From: a bacterium
Lineage (GTDB): Bacteria > Zhuqueibacterota > Zhuqueibacteria > Zhuqueibacterales > Zhuqueibacteraceae
NCBI GenBank assembly: GCA_044869275.1
Contig: JBIOXB010000143.1
Span: 13,004 to 77,003, forward strand
DNA length: 64,000 nucleotides
Direction: 5' to 3'
How positions within the stretch are numbered: the stretch's first letter is position 1; every line of letters starts with the position of its first letter. Shown piece by piece: positions 56,865 through 64,000 of this stretch. A model generated the notes under the pieces. It made no database searches. It saw only the letters and a list, made by a program, of their open reading frames with translations, and was not told the DNA's origin. The position numbers and the translations under genes are program-made.

Positions 56865-58277
56865 ATGAAACCATCAACCTCGTTCATGACGCTGCTGATC
56901 GTGGCCATGATCACGAATCAAGCCGCTCCACAAGGAGCTGGCAAGCTGGAAGCTTTTGGCCTGCAGGGCAAGCGCGTCACGGCGCTCGCAACGGCGCAGC
57001 ATTTTTCACCGCCGAACTCCTTCCTTTACGCGGTCACCGAAAATGAAGGCGTCTACCGGCGTTCGTTGGACCCGCTGGATACCACCTGGCAGGACCTTGG
57101 CCTTAAAGGCAAAAGCCTCACCGCGCTGGACATTCAAGTGTGGGGCGCCGGACCGGCACTTTTTCATGCGCCGATCGTGGGCGTCTTGCCGGATCGCAGC
57201 GCGGGCGATTCGACGCTCGTCTATCGCCTTGAAGGCGCGCAGTGGGTTCCCGCGGACTCAGGCATTTCTCGCGCCGAGGTTTATCAGATCAAGGCATTGG
57301 CGAGTATTGAATCCGCCGGGCATGCACCGCCGGGTGAGGCTTTCGCCGGCGGCAGCGGATCCATCTATCGCTCCAGAACTTTCAGTCACTGGTGGCAAAA
57401 AGCACACAGCGAAGGTATTGGTGTCACCAATACGCTTGCCACCTCTCGCATGGATTTCATCAGCGGTGGAGTGTGGGCGGGCGGTGAAAATGGCCTCCTC
57501 GCGCCGTGGATCGCGAGGTCCAATGATGGCGGCGAAACCTGGGAGGTTTTTTATCCCGATTTGAGCGGCGATAACGCCTGTAACTCGCTCGCGCTCCATC
57601 CGCTCTCCCCCGAAGTTGTTTACGCCGGCATGGAAGGCGCCGTGATCAAAACCACGAATTCTGGAAAAACGTGGGACCACACCAGCCTGCGCAATACCCC
57701 GGTCTATTTCTATGGTCTCGCCCTCGATCCCAGAGATTTGGACCACATTTATGCCGGCGGCCTCGTCGCGAATCCCAACAGTTGGGCGCTGTGGGAAAGT
57801 TTTGATGCCGGCCTGAATTGGAAAGAGATTCCGCCGCCGGTGCTCGTCACTCCCGTTGTGGTCTCCGGCATCACGAGTATCGTTGCCGATCGGTATTCTG
57901 CGAACGTGATCTACCTCGCGACTTTGGGCCATGGTGTGTGGAAATATCAAAGCCAAACTACTGGCGTCGAAGATCGTCCGGGCTGGGTTGCGCCCGAAAA
58001 CTTCACGCTCCTGCAGAATTATCCGAACCCCTTTAATCCTGAAACCGTGATTCGCTACCGTCTTTCTTCTCCTCAACACGTGCGGCTGGAGGTATACAAT
58101 CTGCAGGGACAGTTGATCGCGACGCTGATAAATCAGATGCAAACGACGGGCGAGCACAGCGTACACTGGAATGCGCGGGAGGCCGCGGGCGGATTGGCTC
58201 CTTCGGGCATTTACCTGTATCGGTTGCGTGTAGGCAAGAATAACCTTGCCACGCGCAAGATGATTCTGCTGTGGTAG
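56865..58277 (+). CDS. Secreted BNR/Asp-box beta-propeller protein with FlgD-Ig-like CTD (paralog 2)
   Basis: FGLQGKRVT, SNDGGETW, TNSGKTW, SFDAGLNW, CTD QNYPNPFNP...KMILLW. Confidence 0.8.
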   Translation: MKPSTSFMTLLIVAMITNQAAPQGAGKLEAFGLQGKRVTALATAQHFSPPNSFLYAVTENEGVYRRSLDPLDTTWQDLGLKGKSLTALDIQVWGAGPALFHAPIVGVLPDRSAGDSTLVYRLEGAQWVPADSGISRAEVYQIKALASIESAGHAPPGEAFAGGSGSIYRSRTFSHWWQKAHSEGIGVTNTLATSRMDFISGGVWAGGENGLLAPWIARSNDGGETWEVFYPDLSGDNACNSLALHPLSPEVVYAGMEGAVIKTTNSGKTWDHTSLRNTPVYFYGLALDPRDLDHIYAGGLVANPNSWALWESFDAGLNWKEIPPPVLVTPVVVSGITSIVADRYSANVIYLATLGHGVWKYQSQTTGVEDRPGWVAPENFTLLQNYPNPFNPETVIRYRLSSPQHVRLEVYNLQGQLIATLINQMQTTGEHSVHWNAREAAGGLAPSGIYLYRLRVGKNNLATRKMILLW

Positions 58278-58308
58278 ACGGATTGGCAACACCGATTCAA
58301 CCAAGGAG

Positions 58309-61300
58309 ATGTTTATGCAGAGCAAAAATCCTCTGGTACTGCTGGTTGTGCTATTTACCCTGCTGCTGTCCAATGGCTTGCATGGCCAAGTGACTTCTGC
58401 AGGTCGCCAAGCCGGTGCGCTCGACCCCGCGCGCAAGCTGCAATTGGCGCGTACGATTGAAACGGCGCGCCGCCTCGTGCAATCACAAGGCGGCGCTGTC
58501 GTTCGCTCTGCAGTGGTGTCGAAATCATCATTGCGCTCCAATGCCGATGGCAACCAGGCCATCGCCGGCACGGTGAAGAGCAGCGACGATTCCGATTTGA
58601 AAGGCGCCGTGGTGGTCGCTTTCTCCGTGGATTCAAGCCAGACGCCCTCCAGAGGCATCGCCTCCGTCAATGCCGACGGCAGCTATCTAATTGAGCATCT
58701 TCTGCCGGGCAGTTTTTATGTGGTCGCAGAGGCGCCGGATTTTTATCCGCAGTTCTATGACCATGCCGAGGCATTCGACAAAGCCACGCTCGTCACCGTT
58801 GCGGAGTCGGACACCACTACCGGCATCGATTTCACGTTGAAAAGAAACCTGCCGGGCGCCGGCGCGATTTCAGGCCGGGTCGTGCGCGATTCCGACGGCC
58901 TGCCCATTGCCAACGCCACGGTCAGCGTCTATTCCGGAGATAATCCCTTCTACTATAACAGTGGTGTAACTCAAGGCGACGGGACATATCTCATTCCCCA
59001 ACTCAAGAGCGCGAGCTACCTGGTGCAAATCTGGGCTGACGGCTATTTGAGCGAGTTCTTCGATAATGCGCGCGCAATCGAGCAAGCCACTTTGGTCACC
59101 GTGAATGAGCCGCAGGAAACACCGAACATCGATTTTAGCCTCAGCGCCGGTGGATCAATCACCGGACAGGTGACGAACCAAGATGGCCAGCCGCTGACGG
59201 GCACGATCGTGGAAGCTCACCTTGCAAAACTTGATTCATTTTACTATAGAGGCTATGGTGTGGCGATTTCGGAGAGCGACGGCAGTTATAAAATCAGCGG
59301 GCTCGAGACGGGCGCGTATGTGGCTTCGGCGCAAGCCTGGAATGAATGGGGTTATGCGCAGGAGTGGTACGAAAATGTGAGCACGCCCGACTCTGCGACG
59401 GCTGTACAAGTGAACGCGGGCCAGGCAACGAGCGGCATTGATTTCTCGCTCTATTTGCCGCAGGCTGCGGGCTCCATTGCCGGTGTGGTGACCAACTTGC
59501 AAGGTGAGCCCTTGGCGGGTGTGATGGTGAATGCCATGAGCTGGCCGGGCGATGATCCGCGCAGGCGTTACTTCTGGGCTTCCGCTTACACCGATTCGAG
59601 CGGAAACTATCGTTTTGCGCTGCCGGCGGACGACTATCTTGTCTCCGCCACTGCCTATGGCGCGTGGCAATCCGTGATACGTTGGTATCCGAACGTGTCG
59701 ACGCCGGACAGCTCACAACCGGTGCACATCGAACAGGAGGTGCATCGCACTGATATAAATTTCAAGCTGCCGTTCGAACGGGGAAGCGGCGCGATCTATG
59801 GCAGAGTACTTCATGAAGATGGCCGCCCGCTCGCTTACGCTTTTATTGAAATCACACCGGCTGACAACGACACAGAGCCGGCGTGGAGAGTGTGGGCGTA
59901 CGCCAGCACCGACAGTAGCGGCGCGTATATGGTAACGGACCTGCCGCCCGGCTCCTATTTGGCGCACGCGATGTACTGGGAGGACTTCAATTTCGGTGAA
60001 CAATGGTATGAAAATGCCGGCAGCCGCGAGCTGGCCAGACCGATCAATCTCGAGGCGAACCAGAGAATCGGGAACATTGATTTCAGGTTGAGCTTGCATC
60101 CGATGTATGGCAGTATTAACGGCAGAGTCACCTCTGAGACGGACGGCTCGCCCATCGCCCGGGCGTACGTCGAAATCTCGCCCCTCAAGCGTGACGGCTT
60201 CAACGATGCTCCGATTGCGGTTGGGGGATGGAATACGATTACGGACGAGAAAGGCGAATATCGCCTCGACCTGCTGCCGGAAGGCGAGTACCTCATCGCG
60301 GTGTATGCCGACGGCGCATTTGAGTATTTCGAAAATGCCGGCGCGCCGGAGCAAGCCACGCCGGTGAAGGTCGTTGGCGGTGATTCGGTAAGTGTGAATG
60401 TCGCTCTGACGCGACGCCATGAAGGCACGGGCGTGATCTCGGGCTTGGTCGGTGCGGAATACACGGATCAATTGCTGCCCATTGCCGTGGTGGTCGCCCG
60501 GCCGGCGGTGAACACTGAGAAATCATTCGTCACCGTCACCACGCCGGAGGGCAACTACAAAATGTCCGGCCTCCCAGCCGGCGAATATACCGTGATGAGC
60601 TTCGCGCCCTATCACGTTGGTGAATATTTCGACAACACGTTCGATCCTTCCCTGGCCACGCCGGTGAAAGTGGACGGCCAGAATCCGGCAGGCGGAATCG
60701 ATTTTACGCTTTCGCCCATATATTTCTTGAGAGGCGAAGACGGCCTCGATCCGCGTGCGGGCACGGGCGCGACCGTGCTCGGCAAAGTCGTTGATACCGC
60801 CGGCAAAGAGGTGGCGGAAGCGTACGTGTACGTGCTCAACCAAAACGGCCGGCCGCTGAGCTTCGGTCGCACCAATGTGGAAGGCAAGTACGAAATCGCC
60901 GGAATTCCAACGGGACAATATCGCATGCTCGCCAGCCACGTCGCGCATAACAGCAAATACAACGGCGACGCCAACAATTTCGATGATGCCGTGCCGGTTG
61001 ATTTTGGTTTAGGCAAGATCGAGGTAAATTTCGTGCTCGCGTCCAAGCCGCCCACCGGCGTAGAGGAACAGCCGGACGCCCACGTTCCCAGCACTGTTGA
61101 GCTGTATGGCAACGCTCCGAATCCTTTCAATCCCGCAACCCGCATCCGCTTTGGCTTGCCCGCGGCGATGCCGGTGCGTCTGCGCATTTTTAATATGCTC
61201 GGTGAAGAAGTAGCGAGGTTGCATGACGGGATGATGAATGCCGGTGTGCATCACCTCACGTGGAACGGCCGCGATAATACCGGACGGCTTGTGGGTAGCG

Positions 61301-61368
61301 GCGTGTATCTGTATCGTCTGGAGAGCGGCGGCGTTTTGCTGCGCGGGAAGATGGTGTTGATCAGGTAG
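58309..61368 (+). CDS. Large secreted protein with about eight carboxypeptidase-regulatory-like beta-sandwich repeats and FlgD-Ig-like CTD
   Basis: Repeats of GxIxGxV...GxPxxxA...GxY...Lx(P/A)GxY...(W/F)Yx(N/H)...ATxVxV...IDFxL; CTD NAPNPFNP...SGVYLYRL...KMVLIR. Confidence 0.85.
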   Translation: MFMQSKNPLVLLVVLFTLLLSNGLHGQVTSAGRQAGALDPARKLQLARTIETARRLVQSQGGAVVRSAVVSKSSLRSNADGNQAIAGTVKSSDDSDLKGAVVVAFSVDSSQTPSRGIASVNADGSYLIEHLLPGSFYVVAEAPDFYPQFYDHAEAFDKATLVTVAESDTTTGIDFTLKRNLPGAGAISGRVVRDSDGLPIANATVSVYSGDNPFYYNSGVTQGDGTYLIPQLKSASYLVQIWADGYLSEFFDNARAIEQATLVTVNEPQETPNIDFSLSAGGSITGQVTNQDGQPLTGTIVEAHLAKLDSFYYRGYGVAISESDGSYKISGLETGAYVASAQAWNEWGYAQEWYENVSTPDSATAVQVNAGQATSGIDFSLYLPQAAGSIAGVVTNLQGEPLAGVMVNAMSWPGDDPRRRYFWASAYTDSSGNYRFALPADDYLVSATAYGAWQSVIRWYPNVSTPDSSQPVHIEQEVHRTDINFKLPFERGSGAIYGRVLHEDGRPLAYAFIEITPADNDTEPAWRVWAYASTDSSGAYMVTDLPPGSYLAHAMYWEDFNFGEQWYENAGSRELARPINLEANQRIGNIDFRLSLHPMYGSINGRVTSETDGSPIARAYVEISPLKRDGFNDAPIAVGGWNTITDEKGEYRLDLLPEGEYLIAVYADGAFEYFENAGAPEQATPVKVVGGDSVSVNVALTRRHEGTGVISGLVGAEYTDQLLPIAVVVARPAVNTEKSFVTVTTPEGNYKMSGLPAGEYTVMSFAPYHVGEYFDNTFDPSLATPVKVDGQNPAGGIDFTLSPIYFLRGEDGLDPRAGTGATVLGKVVDTAGKEVAEAYVYVLNQNGRPLSFGRTNVEGKYEIAGIPTGQYRMLASHVAHNSKYNGDANNFDDAVPVDFGLGKIEVNFVLASKPPTGVEEQPDAHVPSTVELYGNAPNPFNPATRIRFGLPAAMPVRLRIFNMLGEEVARLHDGMMNAGVHHLTWNGRDNTGRLVGSGVYLYRLESGGVLLRGKMVLIR

Positions 61369-61476
61369 GGGTCATTTGACCTGAACCAAGATAAGGTGTC
61401 GCCTCCTTTCGAATCATGCGACCGCTTCAACCGTATGCTGAAAAACTCCTTTCGGGCAAGAATACTGGAGTGCAAC

Positions 61477-62856
61477 ATGTCTTTCATTCTGCGAGCAAAA
61501 GTCGTTTGTTTCGTCCTGCTGCTTTTATCCATTCCTTTCGAGGTGTCCTCGCAAAGTCCCGCACGCTTAAAGGCCGCAGGCTTGCAAGGGAAGAGGGTCA
61601 CCTCCTTGGGCGTTTACGGCTCCATCTACGCGGGCACAGAGAACGAAGGCGTTTTTCGCCTTTCGCCGGTGGCGCGCGACACGAACTGGATTCCGATGGG
61701 ATTGGCAGGCAAAAGAATTTTGACGGTGTACCCGCACAAGTTTGGGCCGCTGGGGTTTGCGGTAAGCGCCGGCGTACACCCGGACTGGAGCCAGGGCGAT
61801 TCGGTGTTGGTCTATTGCTCCATTCTCGATCAATCCGAATGGGCGGCTACGGACAGCGGCATGCCGCGCCGGCACGTACCGTGGATCAAATCACTCGACG
61901 GCTTTCCCGATCCCCTGATTTGCGGCGAAACCTTTGCCGCCGGACCGGGGACCGTTTTTCGGCGCTACTTTCAGAACCCGCATTGGGTAGAAGTGTTGGA
62001 CATAGGCTTAGGAATCACCAACGTCATTCGCGCGGAGGAATTTACCGAACAAGTTTGGGCGGGCGGGGGCACGGCCATTCGCATGCCTTGGCTGGCGCGC
62101 ACGAAGGACAAGGGCGAGACCTGGGAAATCAATTTTCCCTTTTTCGATTTTCTCACCACCTGCCGCTCCATCGCAATCCATCCTTCAAACTCGGACATCG
62201 TTTATGCGGGATTGGAGGAGGCCGTGGTCAAAACGACAGACGGCGGTACAACGTGGAATCTCGCCAGTCCGCGTTACGCGAACGCAACGTTCGATGCGCT
62301 CGTGCTCGCGCCTTTTGATCCCGATCAAATCCTGGCCACCGGTTCACAAAATGGCAATGCTATTTTGATTGAGAGCTTTGATGCCGGAAAAAACTGGTAT
62401 GTTGTGTATCCGCCGATCGTGACACCCCCAATTCGTTTGTTGCCAGCCATGACGAGTATCATTGTCGCGCCAGATACCATTGGCGCGTTCTTGGCCGGCA
62501 CTTTGGGAGCCGGCGTGTGGCGTTATCAAAGCACGCCGACGGGCGTCGAAGATGAGCATCATGCTCTGATGCCGAGAGGCTTTACGCTGGAGCAGAATCG
62601 CCCCAATCCGTTTAACCCGGAAACCGAAATTCGTTATCATATTGCCGCACCGCAACACGTCGAGCTTGCCGTTTTCGATCTGAACGGCCGCCTGCTCGTG
62701 ACTTTGGTGGAGGCGCCGCACCCCGCCGGAGACTTCAAAACGCGCTGGAACGGCCGGGATGCTGCTGGCGCGCCCATGCCTTCGGGCGTTTACTTCTGCC
62801 AACTCCGTGTGGGCAGAAATATCATTGCGGCGCGAAAAATGACGCTTTTACAATAA
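61477..62856 (+). CDS. Secreted BNR/Asp-box beta-propeller protein with FlgD-Ig-like CTD (paralog 3)
   Basis: AGLQGKRVT, TKDKGETW, TTDGGTTW, SFDAGKNW, CTD QNRPNPFNP...KMTLLQ; GGAG RBS before ATG 61477. Confidence 0.8.
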   Translation: MSFILRAKVVCFVLLLLSIPFEVSSQSPARLKAAGLQGKRVTSLGVYGSIYAGTENEGVFRLSPVARDTNWIPMGLAGKRILTVYPHKFGPLGFAVSAGVHPDWSQGDSVLVYCSILDQSEWAATDSGMPRRHVPWIKSLDGFPDPLICGETFAAGPGTVFRRYFQNPHWVEVLDIGLGITNVIRAEEFTEQVWAGGGTAIRMPWLARTKDKGETWEINFPFFDFLTTCRSIAIHPSNSDIVYAGLEEAVVKTTDGGTTWNLASPRYANATFDALVLAPFDPDQILATGSQNGNAILIESFDAGKNWYVVYPPIVTPPIRLLPAMTSIIVAPDTIGAFLAGTLGAGVWRYQSTPTGVEDEHHALMPRGFTLEQNRPNPFNPETEIRYHIAAPQHVELAVFDLNGRLLVTLVEAPHPAGDFKTRWNGRDAAGAPMPSGVYFCQLRVGRNIIAARKMTLLQ

Positions 62857-62901
62857 GGCTATCTGGCCTGGATCAAAATCAAATCCGACAAAAAAGAGAG
62901 A

Positions 62902-63915
62902 ATGAAAATGACAGACTTAAAGCGGTGTTGGCGTGCCGTGCTGTTGATCGTGCTCTTTGCTTCTTGTCAAAAAGACCCTGCGGTCGTGGGGCCTGATGAA
63001 ATCAGAAAACAGGCGGAGCAGCAACCGCTCTTGGACGGAGTGCATTTGACCGTGGATAAAGCGACCTATTCTGCGGCTGATACGATTCGCGTTCGTTTGC
63101 AGAATCACGGCGAGGAGCCGGTGTTTTTGGAAGGTTGCAGTCAGTTGTTCCTCGAGGCCAGAGTCGAGACCGGCTGGACCGAAGCGCCGTTGTGGGTTTG
63201 CGTGTGGGAGGGTTTTGCCATGAAAATTGCTGCGGATAGCAGTTACAAGCTCGCCTGGCCCGCGGCATACCTGCGCGCGGGCACCTATCGTTTCGTTGCG
63301 CCCCTTTCTTTCGGTTGCAGGGACGGCCAGCCGATCAGTGCGGCGCAATGCACGAGCCGCGACACGATTTATTCGCAAGAGTTTGTCGTGGTCCTCCAGG
63401 TGGCAGGTCAGCTCCGCATTGCCACGGAAAAGAACGCCTATCGCTGGACTTCAAATGATTTGAATGCTTCGCGTTTGATTCAGGCCACGCTCACGAACAC
63501 TTCCCATACGACGTTTTATGCCCGGCTGGGTGATGGTTACAACAGCAGCTTGGATCAGCAAGAACTTTTTGTCGCACAAGGCAGCGGCGGCCATATCGAA
63601 CGGCAGCATGACGATAGCTCGTGGCAGCCCATGCCACGCGGAATTCTTTTTGAAGGCACGCGCTTCATCGCGCTGCGGCCACAACAAAATCATCGCATGC
63701 TGGCGACGCTGCAACAATGGATTGGAAATGAAAGCGGGCAATTTCGCTTCAAAGTGGAGTACTTTGATCGCCTCGATCCGGCGCCCGTGGTTTTGCCAAT
63801 GGTGGATTACTCAAATGTGTTCGTGATTACTATGACGGCTGTGAAAAGGCACGAATGCTCTCCTGGGCCAAGCCAGATATGGCCTTGCCCGCTGTACTGG
63901 AAGTCATCAGCCTGA
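62902..63915 (+). CDS. Lipoprotein with two tandem Ig-like domains
   Basis: FASC lipobox; two related halves (LTVDKATY...GTYRF...IYSQEFVV and IATEKNAY...GQFRF...DYSNVFVI). Confidence 0.7.
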   Translation: MKMTDLKRCWRAVLLIVLFASCQKDPAVVGPDEIRKQAEQQPLLDGVHLTVDKATYSAADTIRVRLQNHGEEPVFLEGCSQLFLEARVETGWTEAPLWVCVWEGFAMKIAADSSYKLAWPAAYLRAGTYRFVAPLSFGCRDGQPISAAQCTSRDTIYSQEFVVVLQVAGQLRIATEKNAYRWTSNDLNASRLIQATLTNTSHTTFYARLGDGYNSSLDQQELFVAQGSGGHIERQHDDSSWQPMPRGILFEGTRFIALRPQQNHRMLATLQQWIGNESGQFRFKVEYFDRLDPAPVVLPMVDYSNVFVITMTAVKRHECSPGPSQIWPCPLYWKSSA

Positions 63916-64000
63916 ATGACCAGGGCGAAGGCATCCGCAACGCTCCAGCTTATGCCGGGCTTAAGGGATTAACACGCCGCCGCTATACCCCGCTTTCCAT

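Overview
GC-rich bacterial chromosome segment, probably from an FCB-superphylum lineage such as candidate division KSB1. This is an inference from the porX-tsaE synteny and the many secreted proteins with NxPNPFN...K(M/L)xL(L/V/I)x C-terminal domains. Bases 1-18.4 kb are housekeeping: 3' end of porX, tsaE-tsaB-rimI-accD-surE-guaA, glmS, a TPR/periplasmic-binding protein, an outer-membrane barrel, holA, an ECF sigma/zinc anti-sigma/HtrA-like locus followed by two stand-alone EutN/CcmL microcompartment vertex genes, rdgB, an Ig-domain lipoprotein and four tRNAs (Pro, Arg, His, Glu). Bases 18.5-49.5 kb are mixed: LOG protein, lutABC, a truncated MASE1-PAS kinase, isocitrate dehydrogenase, ABC systems, an amidase, mtgA, a TetR-TolC-HlyD-ABC efflux operon, DUF429 and a family 5 UDG. 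This stretch carries many gene remnants that look like clean deletions, including two toxin-antitoxin loci where the toxin is gone and the antitoxin survives. Bases 50-64 kb hold secreted proteins, five with a T9SS-type-A/FlgD-Ig-like C-terminal domain. Most notable: (1) the HtrA-like protein in the ECF locus has lost all three catalytic residues and lies directly upstream of orphan BMC pentamer genes; (2) a family of intergenic hairpins built from inverted 7-8 bp tandem repeats, plus MITE/REP-like elements; (3) recurrent deletion scars with overlapping junctions; (4) an unexplained 42-bp periodic array; (5) a candidate structured RNA upstream of holA. No CRISPR array, rRNA, transposase or integrase was seen. 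All calls come from reading the sequence; no searches were run.
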